Source of the DNA: Acidobacteriota bacterium
GTDB taxonomy: Bacteria; Acidobacteriota; Thermoanaerobaculia; Multivoradales; Multivoraceae
Direction: 5' to 3'
Length of the DNA stretch: 64,000 bases
Assembly: GCA_003388555.1 (NCBI GenBank)
Contig: QQVD01000068.1
Coordinates: forward strand, 150,633-214,632
Both the position numbers and the translations under genes were made by a program. The notes under the pieces are model-generated. The model worked only from the letters and a program-made list of their open reading frames with translations, did not search any database and was not told the origin of the DNA. Shown piece by piece: positions 50,814 to 59,781 of this stretch (positions are counted from its first letter, which is position 1; the number at the start of each line of letters is the position of its first letter).

Positions 50814-52621
50814 CACCTGCGGCCCCGCCTGGCGGAGAGCTCCGCGTCGAGAGTGGTGACCAGCTGGTCGAGGTTCTTGACGATCCGATCCCGCTGCAGG
50901 TTGCGGTCGCTGGCAGCACCGTACTGGGCGGCGTCGAGTCGGTCGAAGAGCTCTCGCACCCGCCGCACGGTGGCGTCGGTCGCCGCAGTCTCGCGCAGCG
51001 CCGCCTCCACCTCGGCGGTGGTCAGCGAAGAGCCCTCGAGATCCAGCTTGTCGCCGACGTAGTGGCGAAGACAACGCGAACAGCGCTCGATCAGGATCTC
51101 GGGATCGTGACGTGCCTCGGCGTCTTCGGCGAGATCGCGAAGGGTGCGACGCGCCACGCGCAGGGCGCCCTGACGGCGGCGCAGGCCCCGGTCCTGTGCG
51201 AATCGCGACTCGCGGCGCGCCCACAGCCAGAGGGCGAAGACCGCCAGCGGAGGCAGCGCGAACCCGAGCGCGGCCACCGGCGCCCTCCAGCCGTCGAGCC
51301 CACCGGGGCGCAGCGAGCGGAGTCCACGATGGAGGGGGAGGATGTCGTCGGCGAGGATCTTCACCGCGACCTTGCCGGTGGTCGGCGCCACCGACTCGGT
51401 CAGCATCAGATCCTCGCGGCCCTCTCCCGGGACGACGTCGAGGGTCAGCGCCGTCGTCGTCTTGACCCGGAACTCCTCGGCGGCTGGATCGAAGTAGACG
51501 AGCCGCAGCGGCGCGACTTCGGTCTCGCCCGGCTGCAGGGGGACCAGCGCCGAGCGGAAGGTCTTGCTGCCCGAGAGGCCGCCTTCGGCACGTTCGATAC
51601 GGCTGGACGGTTTGTCGTCATAGACCTTGAAGCCCTGCAACTCGGGCAGCTCGGGAGGTCCGATCATCTGGACGTTGCCGCGACCGCTCACCGTCACCGC
51701 GAAGGTGGCGGACTCGCCGACGGCCACCTGCGCTCGAGCCAGCGAAGCGTCGATGTCGAAGTCTCCCACCAGCCCACGGAAGCCCGGCGGCGCCGGAGGC
51801 AGCGGCAGCACCTCGAGCTCGAGCGGGCGCGAGCGCAGCGACCTCGGCTCCATCGCCACCCTGCCGAAGTCGAACACGCTGCGCGAGCGGCGCGAGCGCA
51901 CGGCGACCTGGAAGGAGAGCACCGACGGCGGAATGACCACCGGCCCGGGTCGCTGTGGGAAGAGCGCCTTGCGGATCTCGTTGACCAGGTACTCGACGCC
52001 GTTCTCGGTGGTGCGGAACTCGCGCACGTCGCCCAGGTTCTCGGCCACCAGGTCGCCGAAACTCATCTCCTCGAGCTGAGCGTCGGCCACCTGGACCCGG
52101 CGGTAGAAGCGCCACACGTAGACCACCTGCTGGCCGACGTAGGGCCGCTCCTCGGAGATCGAGACGGTGACGAAGGTGTCGCGGTCGTCCTCCGCCGCCG
52201 GCGCCTCGTCGTCCGCCAGCACCCGGATCCTGATCGGTTCGGTCTCCAGCGTCTCGCCCTCGACCTCGAGGCTGACCGGACCGATCACGAACTCGCCTGG
52301 TTCGCGCGCGGTCAGGTAGTAGGTGTAGCTCAGGCTGGCCGACATCTTGTTGTTCACCAGAGAGACCTGCTGCCCGACCGGCCCGGCCTGGGCGCGGAAG
52401 GCGGAGAGGTCCGGGAGACGCGGCCGGGCTCCGGCCACGTCCCAGGTCCGCACGGTCAGCTCGATCGGCCGGCCGAGGGTGGTCTGGTTGCGGTCGACCG
52501 TCGCCTGGATGCGCTGCGCCGAGACCGCGTCGGCGATCGCCAGGGCGCTCAACAACGCGCCGGCCAGGCGCGACAGCCGGCGCCTGGATTCGGCAGCGGA
52601 GCGTGTCGCGCGGTGGCTCAC
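50813..52621 (-). CDS. batD: BatD (oxygen tolerance) family protein
   Basis: Signal peptide, long beta-rich periplasmic region, C-terminal TM plus coiled coil; Bat operon position. GTG start in a GTGA overlap with the batC stop. Confidence 0.75.
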   Translation of the reverse strand: MSHRATRSAAESRRRLSRLAGALLSALAIADAVSAQRIQATVDRNQTTLGRPIELTVRTWDVAGARPRLPDLSAFRAQAGPVGQQVSLVNNKMSASLSYTYYLTAREPGEFVIGPVSLEVEGETLETEPIRIRVLADDEAPAAEDDRDTFVTVSISEERPYVGQQVVYVWRFYRRVQVADAQLEEMSFGDLVAENLGDVREFRTTENGVEYLVNEIRKALFPQRPGPVVIPPSVLSFQVAVRSRRSRSVFDFGRVAMEPRSLRSRPLELEVLPLPPAPPGFRGLVGDFDIDASLARAQVAVGESATFAVTVSGRGNVQMIGPPELPELQGFKVYDDKPSSRIERAEGGLSGSKTFRSALVPLQPGETEVAPLRLVYFDPAAEEFRVKTTTALTLDVVPGEGREDLMLTESVAPTTGKVAVKILADDILPLHRGLRSLRPGGLDGWRAPVAALGFALPPLAVFALWLWARRESRFAQDRGLRRRQGALRVARRTLRDLAEDAEARHDPEILIERCSRCLRHYVGDKLDLEGSSLTTAEVEAALRETAATDATVRRVRELFDRLDAAQYGAASDRNLQRDRIVKNLDQLVTTLDAELSARRGRR

Positions 52622-53601
52622 CAGTCCTTCTCCTGGCGCAGCTGGCCGGCGCGCGCCCGGCGCTCGCCGGCGGGTCGCTCCTCCTGCAGCGCCTGCAGGA
52701 AGCGCTGCGCCTCCTCGGGCGTCATCCCGGCTGGCTCCGACGACTGCGGCCGGCCGTCACCCTGGCGCGGCTCGGAAGGCTCCGACTGCGGCGGATCGGG
52801 CTGGTTGGGGTCGGTCTCGCCGGGATCGACGCGGCCGTTGCGGTTGGCGTCCTCCTCACCGTCGAGGCGGCCGTCGCCGTCGCTGTCCGGATTGCTCGGG
52901 TCGGTGGGGTTCTCGGCGCTGCGCTCCTGCTCGTCGGACAGGCCGTCCTCGTCTTCGTCGGCTCCCGGAGCGCCGTCGGAAGAGGACTCGCTGTGGTCGG
53001 GCGCTCCGTCGGCCTCGGAGTCGTCTCGTTCCTGCTCGCCACCGCCGGCTTGCGGGGCGTCGCCGCGCTGCTCCGCGTCCGAGTCCTGATCACCGCCGTC
53101 CTGCTCCTGGTCCTGGTCCTGGTCCTGGCCGCCGTCCTGGTTCTGCTGCTGCTCCTCGAGGCGACGCTGCACGACCTCCAGGTTGTGTTTTGCATCGACG
53201 TCGCCCGGCGCCAGGTCGAGTGCCTGCAGGAAGAGCTGCTCCGCCTCGGCAAGACGGCCGGCCCGGAACGCCGCATTGCCGAGGTTGTACAGCGCCTCGG
53301 AGCGCAGGTCGGCTTCGCCCGCCTCCTCCGCTGCCTTCGCAGCGCTCTGGTAGCTCTGAGTCGCCGCATCGAGCTGCCCGAGCTTGTAGCGGGCGCTGCC
53401 CAGGTTGAGATCGATGAGCGGCTCGTCGGGACGTTCGCTCTTCCAACGCTCGAAACCGCGGAGCGCCTCTTCGTACCTCTGCTCGCGGTAGGCCTCGACC
53501 GGATCATTCGCCGCCTGGCCAGCCAGCGGAGCAGCGAGCAGAACGACCAGGGCCGAGACCCGGAAGAACCGCGACAGCGGCGTTCGCACCGCGCCGTTCA
53601 C
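52618..53601 (-). CDS. batC: BatC-like TPR protein with highly acidic low-complexity C-terminal half
   Basis: Signal peptide, TPR (EALYNLGNAAFRAGRLAEAEQLFLQALDLAP), then a D/E/Q/G-rich tail. GTG start in a GTGA overlap with the batB stop. Confidence 0.7.
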   Translation of the reverse strand: MNGAVRTPLSRFFRVSALVVLLAAPLAGQAANDPVEAYREQRYEEALRGFERWKSERPDEPLIDLNLGSARYKLGQLDAATQSYQSAAKAAEEAGEADLRSEALYNLGNAAFRAGRLAEAEQLFLQALDLAPGDVDAKHNLEVVQRRLEEQQQNQDGGQDQDQDQEQDGGDQDSDAEQRGDAPQAGGGEQERDDSEADGAPDHSESSSDGAPGADEDEDGLSDEQERSAENPTDPSNPDSDGDGRLDGEEDANRNGRVDPGETDPNQPDPPQSEPSEPRQGDGRPQSSEPAGMTPEEAQRFLQALQEERPAGERRARAGQLRQEKDW

Positions 53602-54764
53602 GAGCCGATCTCCTCGGCCAGGTGCGGCGCGCGGTTCAGCGACCGACGTTCGGCGATCGACGCCTCGACGAGGAGCAGCACGATGGCCGCACCGACCAGC
53701 CACTGAAAGCGCTCCTTCCAGCGCCGTTGGCGCGTCGTGCCCAGATCCTGATCCTGCATCGTCGCCTTGATCCCCAACGAGTACACCTGCTCCAGGTCGA
53801 CGTCACCGGTCACCGAGCGCACATACCGACCGCCCGTCGCCAGCGCGATGCGCTGCAGGGTCGGCTCGTCGAGCCGACTGAGGATGATCTCTCCTCTCGC
53901 GTCGCGCCGGAAGCCGCCGCCCGGATCGGGGATCGGCGACCCTTCCTCGCGTCCGATGCCGATGGTGAAGATTCGGATCCCGGCGGCGGCCGCCTCCTCC
54001 GCTGCCGCTACGGCCTGACCGAGATGATCTTCGCCATCGGTCATCAGGACGATCGCCTTGGAGGTGCTCGAGCTCTCCTCGAACGCCTCCACCGACGTGC
54101 GGATCGCCTGCGCGAGCGCCGTGCCCTTCACCGGGATGAGGTCGGGCTCCAGCGAGTCGAGGAAGATTTCGGCGGCGCCGTAGTCGAGGGTCAGCGGGCA
54201 CTCCAGGAAAGCCGTTCCGGCGAACGCGACGAGCCCGATGCGATCGCCCTCGAGCAGCGCCAGGAGATCGCTGATCTCGCGCTTGGCGCGCTCGAGGCGC
54301 GACAGCGATCCTCCGGCTTCGGTGTCGCCCACCAACATCGAGTCGGAGACGTCCAGAGCGACCACGATGTCGACGCCGCGGCGGCGGATCTCCTCCCATT
54401 CGAATCCCATCTCGAACCCCGCCAGTGAGATCAGCAGAGCGAGCACCGCAAGCACCTGGAGCGTCGCCTTCACGCGGCGCCGGGCGGCGCTGTGGCCCGG
54501 CAGCAGCTGGCCGAGGAGGTGCTCGTCGGCGAACCGCTGCAGCGCGCGCCGCCTGGCGGCGCCGGCCCAGACGAAGAAGGCGACCAGCAGCGGCACCACC
54601 CACAGCAGCCACAACGCTCCCGGCCGCTGGATGCGGGCGTCGGCGCAACCGACGAGCAGCGGCACGGCCACCAACGCCAGCGTCTGGACGACGGTTCTCG
54701 GCTCGGGCCGTCGCCGAGGGCCGAACGCGCCGTTGCCGTCGCGGGATCTGCGGATGACGATCAC
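53598..54764 (-). CDS. batB: BatB (VWA domain) protein
   Basis: Two N-terminal TM, VWA (IVVALDVSDSM ... IVLMTDGED ... GIRIFTIGIG), C-terminal TM. Real start GTG 54762-54764 (GTGA overlap with batA). The ORF-track 5' extension is antisense/Arg-rich. Confidence 0.75.
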   Translation of the reverse strand: MIVIRRSRDGNGAFGPRRRPEPRTVVQTLALVAVPLLVGCADARIQRPGALWLLWVVPLLVAFFVWAGAARRRALQRFADEHLLGQLLPGHSAARRRVKATLQVLAVLALLISLAGFEMGFEWEEIRRRGVDIVVALDVSDSMLVGDTEAGGSLSRLERAKREISDLLALLEGDRIGLVAFAGTAFLECPLTLDYGAAEIFLDSLEPDLIPVKGTALAQAIRTSVEAFEESSSTSKAIVLMTDGEDHLGQAVAAAEEAAAAGIRIFTIGIGREEGSPIPDPGGGFRRDARGEIILSRLDEPTLQRIALATGGRYVRSVTGDVDLEQVYSLGIKATMQDQDLGTTRQRRWKERFQWLVGAAIVLLLVEASIAERRSLNRAPHLAEEIGS

Positions 54765-55798
54765 GGCAGGGTCCTCAACCGGGTATTCAGCAGCACCATT
54801 TCCAGCACCAGGAGGAGCAGCGCCGGCACCACCAGCCACGGGTACTCCTCGTCGTACTCCATGAACGACTCCATGGTGATCTCGGTGCGCTCGAGCTCGT
54901 CGATCTGGGCGTAGATCTCTGCCAGCGCCCCCTCGTCCTCGGCCCGGAAGTACGCGCCGCCGGTGCGTTCGGCCATCGCGGTCAGCGTCTCCTCGTCGAT
55001 CTCGACGTTCTCGTACACCGGCCGCGGCCCGAGCCGGGTCTCGACCAGGAAGGGTGCCTCGCCTCGGGTGCCGGCGCCGATGGCGTAGATCTTGACGCCC
55101 AACGTCGCGGCGATCTCGGCCGCGGTCAGCGGGCTCAGGCTGCCGGCGTTGCTGCGCCCGTCGGTCAGCAGCACGACGACCTTCGACGTCGCCTCCGAGT
55201 CCTGCAGACGCTTCACCGCTGTGCCGACCGCGGATCCGATCGCCGTCGCGTCCCCGGCCATGCCGATCTCCAGCCGCTCGAGGAAGGTCTTGAGGATCCC
55301 GTGATCGAGCGTCAACGGGCACTGGGTGAACGCGTTCTCGCCGAACACGACCAGTCCGATCTGATCGTTGACGCGAGCATCGACGAACTCCTCGACGACG
55401 TCCTTCGCGACTTCGAGACGGTTGCGACGGCGCACCAGGGATCGCTCGTCTGCGTCGAGATCGAGCGCCTGCATGCTGCCCGAGGTGTCCATCACCAGCA
55501 CGATGTCGATCCCCTCGGTGCTCACTTCGGTGAGCTTGCGCCCGGTCTGCGGGCGCAGCAGCGCGACGAGCAGCAGCAACAGCACCAACCAGCGCAGGGC
55601 AGCGACGGCGCGACGCATCCAGAGCGTCGGCGAGCGACGCAGATGGCGCACGTGATGCAGGCTCGAGAAGCGCACCGCGGCAGGCCTCGCCCGGCGGCTC
55701 CACCAGCGCCGGGCCAGGACCAGCAGCGCCCAGGTCAGCAGCGCCGGACCGAGGTAGGCGAGCATCCAGAGATCGGCGAAGTGCAGGGAACCGTTCAT
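54761..55798 (-). CDS. batA: BatA (aerotolerance regulator N-terminal domain + VWA)
   Basis: BatA_N-like TM region; VWA (IVLVMDTSGSM ... VVVLLTDGRSN ... KIYAIGAG). ATGA overlap with the upstream gene. Confidence 0.85.
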   Translation of the reverse strand: MNGSLHFADLWMLAYLGPALLTWALLVLARRWWSRRARPAAVRFSSLHHVRHLRRSPTLWMRRAVAALRWLVLLLLLVALLRPQTGRKLTEVSTEGIDIVLVMDTSGSMQALDLDADERSLVRRRNRLEVAKDVVEEFVDARVNDQIGLVVFGENAFTQCPLTLDHGILKTFLERLEIGMAGDATAIGSAVGTAVKRLQDSEATSKVVVLLTDGRSNAGSLSPLTAAEIAATLGVKIYAIGAGTRGEAPFLVETRLGPRPVYENVEIDEETLTAMAERTGGAYFRAEDEGALAEIYAQIDELERTEITMESFMEYDEEYPWLVVPALLLLVLEMVLLNTRLRTLP

Positions 55799-57075
55799 CG
55801 GCTGGAGTGCTCCCCCTCTCCGCGGGCGGCGGAGGGCGACCCTCCCGGCTCGTCGGGCGGCGACAGGCGCGACGACCCGCCGTTCGCGGCCGCCGGGCCC
55901 TCTGCCTCGGGCTGGCTCGCGTCAGCCGCCGCCCCGACCTGCGGCAGCGTGCTCTCGACGAAGCCGACGGCTGCCTCCCAGGTCTGCTCGATCTCGGACC
56001 TGGCCGGCACCTGGGCCGCGTACTTGACCCTGTCGGTCTCGGACAGGAAGGCGGCGAGCCGGCGCTGCAGCGCCGAGCCCAGGTTCAGCGTGCGCACCCT
56101 GGCGAGGATCTCCTCGCTCGTCAGGTCGGTGGCGTTCACCACGAACCGCCGTTCGATGTACTCGCGCAGGACTCCGGAGAGGGAGAAGTAGTAGGTGCGT
56201 AGCTCGTCGAGATCGACGAATTCGCTGCGGCGCAGCTCCTCGAGCCTGGCGAAGGCCCACTCGTGGGCGCTCATCTGCCGCTCCTCGGAGGCCGCGCGTG
56301 CCTCTTCGAGCCTCCTGCGGCGCGCGACCCGCAGCACTGCGATCAGCAGCAGCGCACCGGCGGCCGCCAGCAGCACCGCCCGCCACCACCACGGATCGCG
56401 CAGCTCGCGGACCGGCTTGACGTCACGGATGTCCAGTTCGGCGACGTCCGTCGGCAGCACCGAGGTCACCTCCAGCCGGCGCGCTTCGGACCTCGCAGCG
56501 GCCGCGGCCTCCTGCCCGACGTCCTCGCCCACCTCGGCGACGACCGCCGGCAGCTCCCAGGTGCCGACCCGGGTAGGCCGCAGCACAAGCTCGACGCGCT
56601 GCAGCAGACGTCCCCCCGGCAGCTCGTCGAGCCGCTGGCGACGCTCGAGGACCGGCACCCCGGCCAGGCGTTCCTCGGTCGGGAGTCTGCCCGACGCATC
56701 GCCCGACGCAGCGCCCGACGAAGCGCCCGACGGATCGCGCGCACCGTCGCCCGGGGAATCGACCAGCGGCGGCAGCTGCGCCTCGACGCCCGGATCCCGC
56801 TCGAGCTCGACGACGTAGGTGAAGCGGTCTCCGATCGTGCCGGTGGCCGGCTCGAGCGCGCTGCGCACCTCGATCGGCGGCGGCGGCCCCGAGACGTCAC
56901 GCGGCGAATCGCCGGCCCGCTCACCGCCGCAGGCGGCGCAGGTGGCGACCAGCGCGGCGAACGCCACGAGGGCCGCGGCGCGCGACCTGGGGCAGCGCCG
57001 GCCGACGGCCCGATGGCGGCGGCCACCGTCGCGCGGCGGCGCCGAACCGTCGCGAATCGATTCAGGCGCGTTCAC
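55795..57075 (-). CDS. hypothetical lipoprotein/membrane protein occupying the third position of the Bat operon (DUF4381-like position; family not verified)
   Basis: Signal plus Cys (LVATCAACGG), internal TM (WWWRAVLLAAAGALLLIAVL), helical C-terminus. Start tentatively GTG 57073-57075 (9 nt after the DUF58 stop); an alternative ATG at 57183 would overlap the DUF58 gene by 122 nt. Confidence 0.5.
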   Translation of the reverse strand: MNAPESIRDGSAPPRDGGRRHRAVGRRCPRSRAAALVAFAALVATCAACGGERAGDSPRDVSGPPPPIEVRSALEPATGTIGDRFTYVVELERDPGVEAQLPPLVDSPGDGARDPSGASSGAASGDASGRLPTEERLAGVPVLERRQRLDELPGGRLLQRVELVLRPTRVGTWELPAVVAEVGEDVGQEAAAAARSEARRLEVTSVLPTDVAELDIRDVKPVRELRDPWWWRAVLLAAAGALLLIAVLRVARRRRLEEARAASEERQMSAHEWAFARLEELRRSEFVDLDELRTYYFSLSGVLREYIERRFVVNATDLTSEEILARVRTLNLGSALQRRLAAFLSETDRVKYAAQVPARSEIEQTWEAAVGFVESTLPQVGAAADASQPEAEGPAAANGGSSRLSPPDEPGGSPSAARGEGEHSSR

Positions 57076-58069
57076 GGGAACGGAAGAAGCGGACGATGGT
57101 GTCGACGTACGGCTCGCCGGCCGAGACCCGGATCTGTCCGACACCGGCGGCGCGGAAGAGGTCGCGAAGACGGTTCGCCTCATCGCGATGGAGAGACGCG
57201 AGCTGCTCTCGCACCCGACGATCCGAGCTGTCGATGCGCAACACCTCGCCCGTCTCGGCGTCCTCCAGCTCGATCAGACCGATCGACGGCAGCTCGGCCT
57301 CGCGACGATCCGAGATCGACACGGCGGTGAGGTCGTGACGTCTCGCGGCGATCTTCAGCCGGTCGTCGAAGCCGCGGTCGAGGAAGTCCGAGATGACGAA
57401 CGAGACGACCCGGCGCCGCGCCACCTTGGTGAGGAACTCGAGCGCTCCCTGCAGGTCGGTGGCGTGGCCCTCAGGCTCGAAGTTGAGGATCTCGCGGATC
57501 ACCCGCCACACGTGCGAGCGGCCCTTCTTCGGCGGTATGTACTTCTCCACCGCATCCGAGAAGAGCACCAGGCCGACTCGGTCGTTGCTGTGCACCGCGA
57601 CGTAGGCGAGCACCGCGGCGATCTCCGCCGCGACCTCGTTCTTGAGCTGACCCCGACTGCCGAAAGCGCCCGAAGCGCTGACGTCGACCAGCAGCATCAC
57701 CGTCAGCTCGCGTTCCTCGCGATGCTCCTTGACGAAGGGCGCGTTCATCCGCGCGGTGACGTTCCAGTCGATGTGGCGGATGTCGTCACCGGGCTGGTAC
57801 TCGCGCACCTGCTCGAACTCCATGCCGCGCCCCTTGAAGGCGCTCTCGTACTCCCCAGCCATGGCGTCCGTCACCAGGCGCTGGGTGCGGATCTGGATCT
57901 GCTTGATCTTCTGGAACAGCTCTCCCTGCAGCACCTCCACCGGCTCGCGCTCGCGTCGCACGCTGCGGCGCCGGGCGAGCAGGGCCTCGCCGACCTGGGA
58001 GCCATCGACGATCGCCGGCGACCGGCGCGGTGACCGGTTCGGCGAGACGTCTCTGTTACCGCTCACCAC
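57062..58069 (-). CDS. DUF58 domain protein (MoxR-associated, VWA-like)
   Basis: EFEQVREYQPGDDIRHIDWNVTAR...LTVMLLVDVSASGAFGS matches the DUF58 signature. Immediately downstream of moxR. Confidence 0.85.
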   Translation of the reverse strand: MVSGNRDVSPNRSPRRSPAIVDGSQVGEALLARRRSVRREREPVEVLQGELFQKIKQIQIRTQRLVTDAMAGEYESAFKGRGMEFEQVREYQPGDDIRHIDWNVTARMNAPFVKEHREERELTVMLLVDVSASGAFGSRGQLKNEVAAEIAAVLAYVAVHSNDRVGLVLFSDAVEKYIPPKKGRSHVWRVIREILNFEPEGHATDLQGALEFLTKVARRRVVSFVISDFLDRGFDDRLKIAARRHDLTAVSISDRREAELPSIGLIELEDAETGEVLRIDSSDRRVREQLASLHRDEANRLRDLFRAAGVGQIRVSAGEPYVDTIVRFFRSRERA

Positions 58070-58078
58070 GCCCCGTCC

Positions 58079-59068
58079 TCACGGAACGTCGACGGTGTTG
58101 AAGATCTCGAGGATCAGCTCTTCGGAGGTCAGCTCCTGGGCCTCGGCCTCGTACGAGAGCAGCACGCGGTGGCGCAGCACGTCGAGCCCGACGTTCTTGA
58201 CGTCCTGCGGGGTCACGTACGCCCTGCCGGCGAGGAAGGCCTGCGCCTTGGCGGCCCGTGCCAGGTAGATGGTGGCGCGCGGCGACGCCCCGTACTCGAT
58301 CAGGCGCTCGAAACGCTCCAGCCCGACCTTCTCCGGCTGGCGGGTCGCGAACACCAGCTCGACGATGTAGTCCTCGACCTTGGCGTCGACGTAGACCGCG
58401 TCCGCCACGTCGCGGGCACGGCGCACCTCGTCGAGATCGACCACCGGCTCGACGCGCGGCTGCTCGCGCCTGGACATCCGGCGCATGATCTCCCGCTCGT
58501 CCTCCCGCGACGGATAGTCGACACGCAGCTTGAGCATGAAGCGATCGACCTGCGCCTCGGGAAGCGGATAGGTGCCTTCCTGTTCGATCGGGTTCTGGGT
58601 CGCCAGCACCAGGAAGGGGTCGGGCAGGCGGTGGCTACGGTCGCCGAGCGTCACCTGACGCTCCTGCATCGCCTCGAGAAGGGCGCTCTGCACCTTCGCC
58701 GGCGCGCGGTTGATCTCGTCGGCGAGCAGCAGGTTGGCGAAGATCGGCCCCTGCTTGACCACGAACTGATGGTCCTGGGGACGATAGATCTGGGTGCCGA
58801 CGAGATCGGCGGGGAGCAGGTCGGGCGTGAACTGGATGCGCGAGAAGTCGGCGTGCACCGCTGCCGCGAGACTGCGGATGCCGGTCGTCTTCGCCAGGCC
58901 GGGGATCCCCTCGAGCAGGATGTGCCCGTCGGCGACCAGCGCCAGCAGCAGCCGCTCGACCATGATGCCCTGGCCGACGAGCACCTTGCCGACCTCGCTG
59001 CGGACCCGCTGCAGCGCCGGCACGAGGGCGTCGATCTCCGGTTTCAGTTCTTCGACGGTCTTGTTCAT
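58079..59068 (-). CDS. moxR: MoxR-family AAA+ ATPase
   Basis: GHILLEGIPGLAKTT (Walker A), LLADEINRA (Walker B), and the sensor region VLATQNPIEQEGTYPLPEAQVDRF, typical MoxR. Confidence 0.9.
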   Translation of the reverse strand: MNKTVEELKPEIDALVPALQRVRSEVGKVLVGQGIMVERLLLALVADGHILLEGIPGLAKTTGIRSLAAAVHADFSRIQFTPDLLPADLVGTQIYRPQDHQFVVKQGPIFANLLLADEINRAPAKVQSALLEAMQERQVTLGDRSHRLPDPFLVLATQNPIEQEGTYPLPEAQVDRFMLKLRVDYPSREDEREIMRRMSRREQPRVEPVVDLDEVRRARDVADAVYVDAKVEDYIVELVFATRQPEKVGLERFERLIEYGASPRATIYLARAAKAQAFLAGRAYVTPQDVKNVGLDVLRHRVLLSYEAEAQELTSEELILEIFNTVDVP

Positions 59069-59534
59069 GGGGTTGGGTGCTCCGGGAGTCTCGTACGTCG
59101 CGCCATCAGCGGCGCCGACGTGCCGCGGGCCGACGCCCCGGGGACGCGCGGCACGGACGGTGGCGAGAGCTTCGGTTCGAGGAGGGGATCGCGGGTGCGG
59201 TTCGCGAATGCTCTGTGCAGACCCGTCGGGGCGGAGAGCGAAGGGAGTGTGGACGGTAGATGGTCGGTGGAGGGCCGTTTCACCGGGCCTTGGCCGGCAC
59301 CCCGAGACGGGCCGAACGCACCGCCGTCGTCACTCGGCCTCCCCTGCGCCGGACCAACGAACGGCGATGCGGCCTTGTTCCCTCGGCGTTCCCTCGCGGC
59401 CGGCGCCGGTCCGCCGCCCGGAGCCCGCTCGCAGACCGAGCGATCTCGGCGCAGACCGGCAGGCGGAGTCGCCGTCGGGTCGCCGCAGGACGGCGCGCAG
59501 TCTAGCAACGAGGAGCGGTCAGTCGACGCCGTCG

Positions 59535-59562
59535 CCGAGGTCCGAGGTCCGAGGTCCGAGGT
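59535..59562. repeat. perfect tandem heptamer (CCGAGGT)x4
   Basis: ccgaggt ccgaggt ccgaggt ccgaggt, read directly. It lies in the 713-nt divergent intergenic region between moxR and the sigma54 activator gene. Confidence 0.9.
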
Positions 59563-59781
59563 GAGAGCGTCCAGCGGGCGGGCGGGCCGAGAGACGGCAA
59601 CGAGGTCCCTCGGTGGGCACCGGCGAAAACTCCAGAACGTAGTAATCTCGTCGCCAAGATCGGCCGAGGGTGTTCCGGAAGGGATCACGGCGCCGATGCG
59701 CGCAGCCCATCCGAGGCCGATCCCGGGCTCCACGAGGCGCCCGGTGCTACATGAACCGATCCCGGAAGTTCACACGAAGCG

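Noticed and set aside
59065-59733. 222-aa minus ORF in the moxR upstream region
   Set aside because: Pro/Arg/Ser-rich with no motifs. It overlaps the heptamer repeat and has no RBS. It is likely noncoding regulatory DNA.
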